IMG/VR virus record: IMGVR_UViG_3300023174_000042
Location: 208,577-272,576 of that record
Strand: one strand, 5' to 3'
DNA: 64,000 bases
Part shown: positions 37,680 to 48,185 of the stretch, in pieces
Position numbering within the stretch: position 1 is the stretch's first letter
How the letters are laid out: the number at the start of each line of letters is the position of its first letter
Program-made: the position numbers and the translations under genes
Notes under the pieces: model-generated
Seen by the model: only the letters and a program-made list of their open reading frames with translations
The model's database searches: none
Told to the model about the DNA's origin: nothing

Positions 37680-38323
37680 TAATATAATCCTCTTAATCTA
37701 TCATACTCAACGTTACGAAGTTTTTCTAAATATGTTTTTTCAATCCATCCTGGACTTTCTTCTTCTTGTTTCATTATGGCATCTCTTCTAAAAAGTGTGG
37801 TTTTAAGAATAAGTTCTATCATATCCTCCTCAGTCACGCCTTCAGGTTTTGTCATTGGTGGAACACAAGTTTGAGCATCTCTATCATCTATATTAAATTC
37901 AGAAATATGAATGTCATTTCTACCCATCTTACTTTGAATTTCACCTAAATAGGTGTCGTCAAACCATTCTTCAAAAAGGTATTTTAAGTAACTTGCTCTA
38001 ACAGGAATATCAGACATCAACTCTTTAAATATATCATTTGGAATATAAATTGAACCTGATTCAAAATCTCTTTCTTCAGTTTTTCTTCTATCGTCAAAAA
38101 CATCACTATTATCTTCAAAAAATAATATAAATTTCATTATTTCTTTTCCATGATTACACCATTCAAAATCATGTCTTGTTTCCCACGATTTGTCATGATA
38201 CATTTTTGCACCATCAAAATAGTTGTTTAACCACCTATAAACAAGTTGTTCTACCTTTGGTGTAGGTTTAGAATATTTTCTAGTAACCTCATCTTCTAAT
38301 ATTAATTTAATTAAATTTCTCAT
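37679..38323 (-). CDS. leader-bearing hypothetical protein
   Basis: MRNLIKLILE. Confidence 0.75.
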   Translation of the reverse strand: MRNLIKLILEDEVTRKYSKPTPKVEQLVYRWLNNYFDGAKMYHDKSWETRHDFEWCNHGKEIMKFILFFEDNSDVFDDRRKTEERDFESGSIYIPNDIFKELMSDIPVRASYLKYLFEEWFDDTYLGEIQSKMGRNDIHISEFNIDDRDAQTCVPPMTKPEGVTEEDMIELILKTTLFRRDAIMKQEEESPGWIEKTYLEKLRNVEYDRLRGLY

Positions 38324-38757
38324 CTAAATTTAAATCTATCTGGTTCTAATTTTTTTATATCGTTAAATTGATCTTTAACCGTTAAATGCTCAGGAAGCAT
38401 TTCATAAATGTCATTTAATTCTTGTTTTATTTTTTTATAATCTTCAAACATTTCATCACTTGTCATTTCATTTTTAATATTTAATATTGAAACGGCATAT
38501 GGATAATCTTCGTTGGATAATTCATTTTGGTATCTTTTGTGATAGGGGTTTAAGTCACTATTATAAAATTCTTTTAGTTTTTTTATATCACAAATAATAT
38601 TAATATCAATTGAAAAATTACCATCATTACCTAATTCCCACCCAATGATAAATGGATAAGTTTTTTTTATTATTTTAATTACAAGGTCAATTCCTTTTTC
38701 AAGAGTTTTTGAATCATCCGTTTCTTCTTTTAATATATGTCTAATCAGTTCTTTCAT
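38320..38757 (-). CDS. leader-bearing hypothetical protein
   Basis: MKELIRHILKEET. Confidence 0.75.
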   Translation of the reverse strand: MKELIRHILKEETDDSKTLEKGIDLVIKIIKKTYPFIIGWELGNDGNFSIDINIICDIKKLKEFYNSDLNPYHKRYQNELSNEDYPYAVSILNIKNEMTSDEMFEDYKKIKQELNDIYEMLPEHLTVKDQFNDIKKLEPDRFKFR

Positions 38758-39079
38758 TACACATTACTTGTTCTAAAAACTTTTTAATTGTTCTAACTAT
38801 TTTTTGTCTGTCAGGATCATTCTCATTTGAGAAATTATCAACAGGTTCAATAACATTATTTTCTTGTAACATATTCAAAATTTTTTGTATTTGTCTTTTT
38901 TTATTATCAAAATTAGAAATTGAGTAATATTTATCATCTATATTAAAGTAAATTGTTTCGAATTTGAATGTTTCGAGATCAATTTCTTTTTTTTGATATC
39001 TTCGAAGCAAAAAATTCATAACTATCTGATCAATCTCTTCAGTTTCTTCTTTTAATATATGTCTAATTAACTCTTTCAT
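38741..39079 (-). CDS. leader-bearing hypothetical protein
   Basis: MKELIRHILKEET. Confidence 0.75.
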   Translation of the reverse strand: MKELIRHILKEETEEIDQIVMNFLLRRYQKKEIDLETFKFETIYFNIDDKYYSISNFDNKKRQIQKILNMLQENNVIEPVDNFSNENDPDRQKIVRTIKKFLEQVMCNERTD

Positions 39080-39513
39080 TATGCGTCGTATTCGTCTTGA
39101 AATAATATAAACTCTAAAGTTATCATAAATGGTTCATCGCCGTAACTATTCCATTTCATAGCAATTGGCATGCAACTCATAAACCAATCATTGTCAGGTC
39201 CTCTTTTTATTAAACCACCACTTTCAGTGAATGTATATTGTCCTTGTATTTTATAAACTTCGTCTTCCAATTTATCAATATGTTTTGCAATACCTCCAAA
39301 ATCATGGTCTTCATAGTATGATTTTACAATAAGTTTTCCTTCAATATAAGGATGTTTTAAAATAAAACTAATATCTTTTATTTCTATAGAATCAATTTTA
39401 GAAGAAACATTACTTTCAAATATGTATTGAAGTTTTTGCATAGAGTTTTTGAACCTTTCTTCAAGATTGTTATCCTCATCTTCTTTTAATATATTTTTAA
39501 TTAATTTTTTCAT
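39079..39513 (-). CDS. leader-bearing hypothetical protein
   Basis: MKKLIKNILKE. Confidence 0.75.
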   Translation of the reverse strand: MKKLIKNILKEDEDNNLEERFKNSMQKLQYIFESNVSSKIDSIEIKDISFILKHPYIEGKLIVKSYYEDHDFGGIAKHIDKLEDEVYKIQGQYTFTESGGLIKRGPDNDWFMSCMPIAMKWNSYGDEPFMITLEFILFQDEYDA

Positions 39514-39564
39514 ATTTTATAAATACTTGAAATTATATAAAAACAAAAAAATCAATTTATGATT

Positions 39565-41061
39565 CTAACTGATTTGTCTAATAGCACTTTCTACTTTATC
39601 TTGATTTTTTAACTTGGTATTTTTTCTATCTTTGATTGCCAATTCAATTAATTGTTGATCCGATAGTCCGTTTTTGATTCCATTTTCCAAACTTTCAGCA
39701 AATTTTTTGAAAAACCCCGGTCCATTCCAACAAGCATATGACATATGAAGAGTTAAACCTGGTATTGATTGAATTTTTTCTTTAGTTTTTGGATCTTTTA
39801 CAAAATTTGACATATTTTTGTCAAAAGATCTTTTCATTATTTTAACTGCCAAATTTTTCAAAGATTGTTCTTTGTCTCCACCTCGATATAACCATTTCCA
39901 TTCTTTACAAAAGTCATCCATGTTTGACCAAGTGGTATTTGGTCCAACACCATTTGATTTAGCCCCAGCACCATATTTTTCTCCATCTATAATTTGAAAA
40001 AATTCTTTACCTTCAGGTGATGACTCAATATTTCCGTTATATCTGTCCAATCCAAACATTGTTTCTGTAGATTTTCCCATATTACCACCTGGATGCTTAC
40101 AAAACGGATTCCAATATCCGCCTTCAAACTTATCAATCACAATTTTTGTAACATTTTCAAAATTTGACAAATCAACAGCAGATAAATTGTTTTCATCAGA
40201 TTGACTTTCCTTACATATCTTTTGAACATCAGATACGTTAAATTCTTTTTTTCCTGTTTTTTCTTCCATAGCACTTTGAGTTTTAGGTCCAAAATATCCA
40301 TCTTGATTTATACCCAAGCAACCTTGCACTTGATATATAATTCCATTAGTATTTGGAGATTTATATTTAGTTCCGACATCTTTACAACCTTTTTTAAAAT
40401 TTGGTCCATCACAATCGGAGTATTTTTTTAATTTATCTGATATATCACTAACACTAGAACCACCACCTATAAGTGATATATCGTCACTTGTTTCGATTTC
40501 AGTTGGTTTGTCTGTCCTATTATATTCACCTTTACCTTCATGTGGAGGATAGTTTTTTGGTAAAGAATATTTGTAAAAAAATTGTCTAATATAAACACCA
40601 TCAGGGTTTTTGAAGTCTAATACTAATTTGATGTTTTCTGCGTCTTTTTTTTCTAATTTTCTAGTCAAATCATTTATTTGTCTTTCTGCTCTTATGTCTG
40701 CTCTGTTTCCTGCGGATCCTCGTGTAGAGATTCCCATATAAGCAATTCCATCTTTACTTTCATCAATAGTTGCTTCCCAATTTACAGTATAATTTGTAGA
40801 ATCAACTTTTATATTCAAATTTGTAATGTCGGGATTAATTCCAGCATCGTAAACTTCTTTTAATTTTTCATTTATTTTTGTTGACATTTTTCCTCCAAAA
40901 CCATCTGATTTTCTACTTTCAAATGAATGTAATGCGTCCGCATCTCCTTTTGGTGCTGTATAACCACCTTTAACAACAATAGGTAATGAAATTGTTTGTT
41001 CTTTTAACAGTCCCATTATTGATTTAATTCTAAAAATTTCTTCGTTAATATAAGGTTTCAT
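39565..41061 (-). CDS. leader-bearing multidomain protein: peptidoglycan-binding-like module plus lysozyme-fold (GH108-like) domain
   Basis: VQGCLGINQDGYFGPKT; IDKFEGGY..ETMFGLD. Confidence 0.65.
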   Translation of the reverse strand: MKPYINEEIFRIKSIMGLLKEQTISLPIVVKGGYTAPKGDADALHSFESRKSDGFGGKMSTKINEKLKEVYDAGINPDITNLNIKVDSTNYTVNWEATIDESKDGIAYMGISTRGSAGNRADIRAERQINDLTRKLEKKDAENIKLVLDFKNPDGVYIRQFFYKYSLPKNYPPHEGKGEYNRTDKPTEIETSDDISLIGGGSSVSDISDKLKKYSDCDGPNFKKGCKDVGTKYKSPNTNGIIYQVQGCLGINQDGYFGPKTQSAMEEKTGKKEFNVSDVQKICKESQSDENNLSAVDLSNFENVTKIVIDKFEGGYWNPFCKHPGGNMGKSTETMFGLDRYNGNIESSPEGKEFFQIIDGEKYGAGAKSNGVGPNTTWSNMDDFCKEWKWLYRGGDKEQSLKNLAVKIMKRSFDKNMSNFVKDPKTKEKIQSIPGLTLHMSYACWNGPGFFKKFAESLENGIKNGLSDQQLIELAIKDRKNTKLKNQDKVESAIRQIS

Positions 41062-41093
41062 TTACATAATAAATATAATTATTTTTCAAGTTT

Positions 41094-42548
41094 TTATACA
41101 GAATAAACAAACCTTTCATTTCCACAATTAAAAATTCTATAATATCCCAAAGTATTCATAATTTCCCGTTCAGTAAGTTTAGAATCATATCCCATTTTAA
41201 CTAATTTATGTTTTTGATAATTAATTCTATTTTTACGAACTTTATTTATGACATAACTATAGTTTGGTGGAGTAAAACCATGGGTTTCAAACCCTAACTT
41301 TTTATATAACTCCCCTGTTGCCCAAGAAATATCACAATAAGATAGGATTTTTTTTGGTTGATGATTGTTTAAAAAACATTTAAATAGTTTTGAAGCACCA
41401 CCAACAACAGAAATTCCAAGTTTATTACAAAATCTCACCAATTCATATTCACCTTCCTTTTGATTTTTATCTAATACTTTTCTAGTTTTCATAAATGTCA
41501 TCAAAGACACTAATTCACCTTCATAAAACAACCCATAATTAATATTAGTATTCACAAATCCTTGTAAATGGTTTTTATTTAGAAAATCCTTAATAACATG
41601 TTTTTCATCTATCTTCCTTATTGTTGTTTTTCTAGCAAAGATTTTTTTTGATTTTTTTATAACATTTGATATTATTGATTTTATAATGTCTAATTTGAAA
41701 TCAAAATCGTCTTCGTAAATGTGTATCAATTTGATGCCATATTTTTCACATAACTTTGTTTTTTCCAAATGATAATTTTTATTTACGTATAATTCTGAAT
41801 GCCATCTCATTCCATTGAATTCAAATCCCAATTTAAATTCTGGTAAATAGATATCAATTTCTTTTCTTTCGATTTTGAATGAATTAATTATTTCTCCATC
41901 ATAAATCTCTCCAATAATTTTATTTAATAAGACTTCTTTACCTGAAATGTTTTTTTCAACAGGTTTACACTTTGAACATAGTTCAGTTTTTATAATTTTT
42001 CTATTTGAAAATACAGATTTTTTAATTTTGGTTGGTCCGTGGATTTTACAATTAACGACAAAATTTTCTTCATCTTGATCAACAACATCAGGATTATTTT
42101 TTAAAAAAAGTTTAAAAATTGTTTCAACACGTTTTTGTTTTTCACTATTTAGGTTTTCAACTTTCCACTTGTTACTTTGCCTAAAATGCTCTGAACCCCA
42201 CTTTTTTAAAAAGGTTTTTTTGGTTTTTTCTTTAAAATTATCTGTTTTGAATACACACTTATCTCCGTATTTAAGTTCAAATGTTTTTTCTTTTTTGTTT
42301 TTTGAACATTTTGAAGAGCAAGTATAGTAACCCCCTTTATTTACAGATTGATTGTATCGTCGATATTGAATTTTTACTTCTTTGTTACAAACATCACATT
42401 TTGCATCAACAAGCAAATGACTTTTGGGATTTACTAATTCTATAGGTATTATATTAACTTCATTTAAAACTATATCAATATTGTTTTTTTTATAATATTG
42501 AGCAACATTCCCAACAATTCTAATTTTTAATTTTTTTGTTAAAAGCAT
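41094..42548 (-). CDS. putative free-standing endonuclease (Zn-binding repeats, PD-(D/E)XK/Vsr-like core, GNAT-like C-terminal domain)
   Basis: KCDVC, EIDIYLPEFKLGFEFNG..WHS, ELVRFC..GGASKLF. Confidence 0.7.
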   Translation of the reverse strand: MLLTKKLKIRIVGNVAQYYKKNNIDIVLNEVNIIPIELVNPKSHLLVDAKCDVCNKEVKIQYRRYNQSVNKGGYYTCSSKCSKNKKEKTFELKYGDKCVFKTDNFKEKTKKTFLKKWGSEHFRQSNKWKVENLNSEKQKRVETIFKLFLKNNPDVVDQDEENFVVNCKIHGPTKIKKSVFSNRKIIKTELCSKCKPVEKNISGKEVLLNKIIGEIYDGEIINSFKIERKEIDIYLPEFKLGFEFNGMRWHSELYVNKNYHLEKTKLCEKYGIKLIHIYEDDFDFKLDIIKSIISNVIKKSKKIFARKTTIRKIDEKHVIKDFLNKNHLQGFVNTNINYGLFYEGELVSLMTFMKTRKVLDKNQKEGEYELVRFCNKLGISVVGGASKLFKCFLNNHQPKKILSYCDISWATGELYKKLGFETHGFTPPNYSYVINKVRKNRINYQKHKLVKMGYDSKLTEREIMNTLGYYRIFNCGNERFVYSV

Positions 42549-42612
42549 GGTTAATATTTTTCTATAAATATAGTAAAATATTCATTTGTGTCCACCATTC
42601 AAGTTGATTTTT

Positions 42613-44202
42613 TTACCTATTTTCAGGTCTAAATCTATATGGATTGGCTTTGATTGCCGCTTTTGAAAAATAAGTCCCTTGTCCTTGTCGTCTGGCATTT
42701 TTTAATGATCTACCATATTCATTCATTTCGACTTCAAAATCAGGTTCGTAACGTTCATCATTTGATTGTTTAATTTTATCTCTTAAAGTTACAAAAAACT
42801 CCCTAGCCAATCTTTTCATGAATTTAACGTATTCAGCGTCTTCATCATCTTTTTTCTTATAGTATTTACTAACAGGAGGTCTTTTTGACCTATCTAAATA
42901 ACTTAAACCTGAAATATTAGTAATACATTTGTGTCCCCCACTGTTGGCTAAAATTAAATCCCAAGCAGATATTGTTATTTTGTCTAACACTTCACGTTGT
43001 TTATCTGTTAATGAATTAAATGGTTTTGACATAATAGAATCCAACATTTTGATATAAGAATCCGATCCTTCTTGTTTATCAAAAGAATTTGGATAAAGAG
43101 CCGTAAAGTCTTTTAATGTAAAACCAACAGATCCTTCACCAAAATCTTTGCTGTTTTCAGATATCCATTTAATTGTTGATAAAGGTATTTTTTTATTTTT
43201 TAATTCAGTTTCAAATTTCTTTAGAACTTCATCTTTAACTTCACCCAAATTAACACCTTTCAATGCTCTTTCTTTTTTAAATGGATTACAAGATGCTTGA
43301 ATCATTCCCATTGGCCAAACAAGAAGTAAAAAGTCTGCGTCAGGATTGTTTTTAAATGGTGTATAACGATCATAAGATCCTACGTCAAAAAGGTTACCTC
43401 CGCCATATTGAGTAATAATTCCATCAATTACCTTCACATTAGGAGAAGTTTTTTGTCTTTCAACATAAGATTCTTTATTTTTTTCTAATTGTTGTATATC
43501 CAAATAACCATTATTTTTCATCCAATCTTTAATATTTAAAAGAATATTCAAAAGTGAAGGTTTTGACTTCATTACAAGTTGTGTTAAAAAACCTTTCTTG
43601 TTTTTAAATGCCAATAGCAACTTGTTTGCCACAAGTCCCATCATTTTTTTATTTCCTTTAACATCTCTTTCTCGATCAATTTTGAATAAATAGTTCATGA
43701 CCTCACTTGGTGTTATATCATATTTAGCAAAATCTGCTGAGTCCACCATATTAATCAATTCAACATCTTCTTGAGTGAAAATATCTTTTGGTGATAATAC
43801 TTGAGAAATTGTTTCAACGTTAGATCTTGATGGTCTAAAACTTGTTGCGGTTCCACTTTCAACCCCTGCTTGTGTATCATGGTGATCGGTATGAATTACA
43901 TACATAGGTTTACCATGGGCAAAGTCAACCAAAACAGGCATAATTTCACCCTCACCTTCAGGTTTTTTTACAGCAAATTCTTTATCTCCATATTGTATTG
44001 TTTCAGCATCAACAACTTTAATTCCATTTTTTTCCAAATAGTCTTTCATAGCCAAGGCAGTTGTTACCCCATCTAAATCCATGTGAAAATAGATTTTAGC
44101 CATTTTATATCTTTTTGCTAGATCTTTGATACCTCTAATACCACTTTCATTCAATAATTTTGTGGTTTCTTCTTTTATTATTCGTCTTATTAAGTTTTTC
44201 AT
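42613..44202 (-). CDS. leader-bearing DHH-family phosphoesterase
   Basis: HMDLDG, VDF, TDHH, GGH; MKNLIRRIIKEE..LLNES leader. Confidence 0.8.
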   Translation of the reverse strand: MKNLIRRIIKEETTKLLNESGIRGIKDLAKRYKMAKIYFHMDLDGVTTALAMKDYLEKNGIKVVDAETIQYGDKEFAVKKPEGEGEIMPVLVDFAHGKPMYVIHTDHHDTQAGVESGTATSFRPSRSNVETISQVLSPKDIFTQEDVELINMVDSADFAKYDITPSEVMNYLFKIDRERDVKGNKKMMGLVANKLLLAFKNKKGFLTQLVMKSKPSLLNILLNIKDWMKNNGYLDIQQLEKNKESYVERQKTSPNVKVIDGIITQYGGGNLFDVGSYDRYTPFKNNPDADFLLLVWPMGMIQASCNPFKKERALKGVNLGEVKDEVLKKFETELKNKKIPLSTIKWISENSKDFGEGSVGFTLKDFTALYPNSFDKQEGSDSYIKMLDSIMSKPFNSLTDKQREVLDKITISAWDLILANSGGHKCITNISGLSYLDRSKRPPVSKYYKKKDDEDAEYVKFMKRLAREFFVTLRDKIKQSNDERYEPDFEVEMNEYGRSLKNARRQGQGTYFSKAAIKANPYRFRPENR

Positions 44203-44220
44203 TTATAATAAATATCTTAC

Positions 44221-45438
44221 TTAAACAAAAACTTGAGGAATATCATCCCAAGACGTTGTATATTTTTGTGTAATGTAATCTTGTTTCATTTCCCAATCAT
44301 GTGTTTGATTAACAGGAGACTTAATAATTTCAACCTGATCAAAAAATAATGACGTTTGAATAACGTTATCTGGTGTTAGTTCATTAAATACAATTCCACA
44401 TTTTTTATACTTTTCAGATTTATTACAAATTATTTTAAATTGTTCATATATCTGAGACCAAATTATATCAGCGTCTCTTGTTGGCGTTTGTAGTTTAATT
44501 ACTTTTGAATAATGATATTTATCTCCTTTATGATAATTACCTGACACAAATATTGTTGCTTTATTTGCCAACAATTTGTTTTGAGTTAATTTTTTTACAC
44601 CATTTTTAATATATGTATACATTGCTTCTCCAAGTTGATCAAACTCTGACACATCTTTTCCAAATGACCTTGTGGATGCAATATTTTTTTTAGGTTTTAG
44701 TGTTTTTAAAATTGGATAACAATATAACCCTTGAAGTTCTAATTGTGTTCTAATTCCATTTATATTCATTAATTTTTTTACAGTATATTCATGTGTGTTA
44801 ATAAATTGACCTACCGATTCTACTTCAATATTTTTTAGTTTTTTTGCCCATTTTCTTCCAATTCCCCAAACTTCATCAACGTCAATTTGATAACAAAGAC
44901 TTCTAAAGTTTTTAATATCCCAATAAGAACACACACCATTATAACTTGGTGATTTTTTTGCTAAATATGATGTGAGTTTTGCCAATGTTTTATTTGGTCC
45001 AACACCAATTGATACAGGAATACCTACTTTTCTTTTAACTTCTTCTTTAATTAACAAAAGTGTGTCATTTAGTTCTTCTTTTGGTATGTTTGAAAAATCA
45101 ACGAAAGCCTCATCAATCGAATATACTTCAATATCATTTCCAAACTCAGAGATTACTTTCATTACTCTATCAGACATATCACCATACAAATTGTAATTTG
45201 ATGAATACACACAAAATCTATGTTGATTCATAAATTCTCTACTTTGAAAAAATGGTTCTCCCATTTTAATTCCAAGGTCTTTTGCTTCTTGAGATCTAGC
45301 AATTACACACCCATCGTTGTTTGATAAAACAACCGTAGGTCTTCCAATCGATTCGGGATTAAATAATCTTTCACAACTAACATAAAAGTTGTTACAATCA
45401 ATAATTCCAATTTTTTTTAAGTTTTCTTTAATATCCAT
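44221..45438 (-). CDS. umuC: Y-family DNA polymerase V catalytic subunit
   Basis: IDCNNFYVSCER, VLSNNDGCVIARS, YSIDEAF, C-terminal WEMKQ..YTTSWDD. Confidence 0.92.
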   Translation of the reverse strand: MDIKENLKKIGIIDCNNFYVSCERLFNPESIGRPTVVLSNNDGCVIARSQEAKDLGIKMGEPFFQSREFMNQHRFCVYSSNYNLYGDMSDRVMKVISEFGNDIEVYSIDEAFVDFSNIPKEELNDTLLLIKEEVKRKVGIPVSIGVGPNKTLAKLTSYLAKKSPSYNGVCSYWDIKNFRSLCYQIDVDEVWGIGRKWAKKLKNIEVESVGQFINTHEYTVKKLMNINGIRTQLELQGLYCYPILKTLKPKKNIASTRSFGKDVSEFDQLGEAMYTYIKNGVKKLTQNKLLANKATIFVSGNYHKGDKYHYSKVIKLQTPTRDADIIWSQIYEQFKIICNKSEKYKKCGIVFNELTPDNVIQTSLFFDQVEIIKSPVNQTHDWEMKQDYITQKYTTSWDDIPQVFV

Positions 45439-45734
45439 GTGACCTTGCCCCATAAGTTTTTTTGTTCTTTGTATTCTCTAAGTTTAAAAAATGTTTTTTC
45501 TGTTAAGACAACCAAATCCCCGATTTTGGGTTCTTCATTTTTATCTATTACAAGAGTATCTCCTTGTTTTACACCAAAAACTTCTGGACCTGAATATTTA
45601 AAATAAAAAGTTGTATAAAAGTCTTTAACAATAAGTTCATTAAGGTCCAATCTTTTATCAACATAAGTTTCTGCAGGTGAAGCAAATCCTGTTGTTGTAG
45701 AATTAATTTGAATAGGATTTTTGTGTCTTAACAT
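45417..45734 (-). CDS. umuD: UmuD-like subunit, apparently protease-dead
   Basis: GFASPA..Y...LDLN.LI, GDTLVID, WGKVT; adjacent to umuC. Confidence 0.8.
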   Translation of the reverse strand: MLRHKNPIQINSTTTGFASPAETYVDKRLDLNELIVKDFYTTFYFKYSGPEVFGVKQGDTLVIDKNEEPKIGDLVVLTEKTFFKLREYKEQKNLWGKVTWILKKT

Positions 45735-45776
45735 ATACTAAAATATAGTAAATGTAAATGATAAAAAAAAGAATTT

Positions 45777-46127
45777 TTACTTATTTTTTACAACTTTAAA
45801 TAATGCTTTTTCTATTGAATAACCGTTATTAATAAAGTATTTTAGACTATCAACGTTGCAGTGCGCATACACAATTTTTTCAGTGTCATGAATTTTTGAA
45901 TCTCTATAATTCCATAACAATTTATATATTCCTCTGTTTCTATAATCGTCTAATACAAAAGCATGACACAGATATATTACAGAGTCGTGCTCAACATAAG
46001 AAACAATACCTACTAATTTATCTTTAATATAACACCCATAATAAGTTGCGTGTTCATCTAATAGATCTGGTTTTACTTCTTTGAAGTTTTTATAAACCTC
46101 ATCATAATTTACTTTTGTAATTTCCAT
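45777..46127 (-). CDS. GNAT-family acetyltransferase
   Basis: FVLDDYRNRGIYKLL. Confidence 0.8.
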   Translation of the reverse strand: MEITKVNYDEVYKNFKEVKPDLLDEHATYYGCYIKDKLVGIVSYVEHDSVIYLCHAFVLDDYRNRGIYKLLWNYRDSKIHDTEKIVYAHCNVDSLKYFINNGYSIEKALFKVVKNK

Positions 46128-46261
46128 TTTATTGATATTATGTTTAATTTAATTGAATTTAAATTAATTTTGTATAGTTACAAGTTATAATTTTTGGTCT
46201 TATAAAAATATAGCATCAATAAAAGTTATTGAATGAAAAAAAATTTGATTATATTTGTATT

Positions 46262-47536
46262 GTGATTACAGAAAAACTTTCAAACATACCACAATCTAGC
46301 GGTTGTTACCTTTTTAAAAACAAGAAGGGTCAGATCATCTATGTTGGAAAATCAAAGTTTCTTCCTAAACGAGTAAAGTCTTATTTTCAAAAAAACCACA
46401 AAGATCAAAAGACTTTGTCTTTGGTAGGTGAGATTGTTGATGTTGAGTTTATGACTACTAATGATGAAAGTCAGGCTTTGTTATTAGAAGATGAACTTAT
46501 CAAATCACACAAACCAAAATACAATATCAAAGCAAAAGATGACAGATCTCGTCAATGGTTTATTACTTTGACTAACGAAGATTTTCCAAGACTTTTGGTT
46601 TGTAATCCTTCTAACTTTACTGGTGAAGTTCTTTTGAAATCCACAAGTTCCAATTCTTGTTATGAAATTTATGAAATGGTTCATGACATTTTTAATCTTA
46701 GATCTTGTTCTTACAACTTGACTGAAGAAAATATTTCAAACGAAAAGTTCAAAACCTGTTTGGAGTTTCATCTTGGTCGTTGTAATGCTCCTTGCGTTTC
46801 CTTGATTCAAAAATTTTCATATTTGAAGATTGTAAATGAGATGAAAGATATATTTTCTTTTAAGTTTGATACTGTTAGAAATCGTTTGAAAAAATTTATG
46901 AAACACCATTCTGATCAAATGGAATTTGAAATTGCTCAAAACTTCAAAAACAAAATTGATGTTGTTGATTTATTGGAAAAGAAACTTGAACCTTTTCGTG
47001 TTCGAAAATATAATGATGTTGCAAGATCATTTAAAGAACAATTTGGTTTACTTAATATCCCTACTTTAATTGAGGCGTTTGATAACTCTCATACATCTGG
47101 TGATTGTCAGGTGTCTGCTCTTGTTCGTTACAAAAATGGTAAAACTGATAAATCAAACTATCGTAAGTTTAATATCAAATCTGTTGAAGGTCCTGATGAT
47201 TATGCGTCCTTTGATGAGGTATTAAATCGTCGATTCAAGAGACTATTAAATGAGAAACAAGAGTTACCTTCACTTGTTATTATTGATGGTGGTAAAGGTC
47301 AGTTGGGTGTTGCCAAGAAAGTATTTGAGGGTCTTGGTTTATTAAATCGAATTGACTTGATCTCTATTTCAAAAGATGACAAACACAGATCATCCACAAT
47401 CCACAAGATTGATGGATCAAGTTTTGATATTCCAAGAACTGACTTTGGGTTTTTGTTGGCCGAGATTCAAAATGAGGTTCACCGATTTGTTATTACTTTT
47501 CACCGTCAAAAACGTAATAAATCTGTTATAGGATAA
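46262..47536 (+). CDS. uvrC: UvrC-like excinuclease (GIY-YIG + UVR + RNase H-like; no C-terminal HhH)
   Basis: GCYLFK..IIYVGKS..RVKSYF, EAFDNSH, IIDGGKGQL, DE/NEVHRF; GTG start after TATATTTG. Confidence 0.88.
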   Translation: MITEKLSNIPQSSGCYLFKNKKGQIIYVGKSKFLPKRVKSYFQKNHKDQKTLSLVGEIVDVEFMTTNDESQALLLEDELIKSHKPKYNIKAKDDRSRQWFITLTNEDFPRLLVCNPSNFTGEVLLKSTSSNSCYEIYEMVHDIFNLRSCSYNLTEENISNEKFKTCLEFHLGRCNAPCVSLIQKFSYLKIVNEMKDIFSFKFDTVRNRLKKFMKHHSDQMEFEIAQNFKNKIDVVDLLEKKLEPFRVRKYNDVARSFKEQFGLLNIPTLIEAFDNSHTSGDCQVSALVRYKNGKTDKSNYRKFNIKSVEGPDDYASFDEVLNRRFKRLLNEKQELPSLVIIDGGKGQLGVAKKVFEGLGLLNRIDLISISKDDKHRSSTIHKIDGSSFDIPRTDFGFLLAEIQNEVHRFVITFHRQKRNKSVIG

Positions 47537-48185
47537 ATTTATTATTATAATAAGTTGCAATCCAATCAGCCTTCAGTAAAGGTTCTTGATTTAATATTGT
47601 GTCAATACCGACATAATATTTTTCAGTTTCGTAATAAGTTTCTCTTCGATATAAATAATTGTCTATATATTCTTCAACAGCATCTCCAACATCGGTTTTT
47701 TCCCCATTTAAAGTTGCTGATATTGGTTCTACTTTGTTGTCGATATAGTAAGTTTCACTATCCTCAAAATATAATTTCATACCAACAGATTCTATATTAA
47801 TCACATACTTATTATAACCAATAAATGGAGTTCCTGTTGTAAATTCAATTTTTCTTACAGAGTCAAAAACTTTTTGTATTTTGTTTCTTGTTTTGTTGCT
47901 AAGATAAAATTTAGGTAAATCATTCCACATAACTTCAACAAAAAACTCATAACTAACAAATTGTCCATATTCAATAACAATATCATCTAATAGTTCTTCA
48001 ATGATTGAATAATAATAAGAAACTTTATTTGGGTTTTTAATTACGAATTGAATTGGATAAAAACTTTTATTATTTTTTTTTGTTTCTTCTCCAACTCTAA
48101 CAGGGATACATTTTAACCCGTAAAGATCTATTTCATCTCCAGCAAAGTTTTTAAATAATTTTAATATTTTTTCTTGATTCATCAC
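47526..48185 (-). CDS. hypothetical protein
   Basis: 219-aa ORF. Confidence 0.7.
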   Translation of the reverse strand: MMNQEKILKLFKNFAGDEIDLYGLKCIPVRVGEETKKNNKSFYPIQFVIKNPNKVSYYYSIIEELLDDIVIEYGQFVSYEFFVEVMWNDLPKFYLSNKTRNKIQKVFDSVRKIEFTTGTPFIGYNKYVINIESVGMKLYFEDSETYYIDNKVEPISATLNGEKTDVGDAVEEYIDNYLYRRETYYETEKYYVGIDTILNQEPLLKADWIATYYNNKFIL

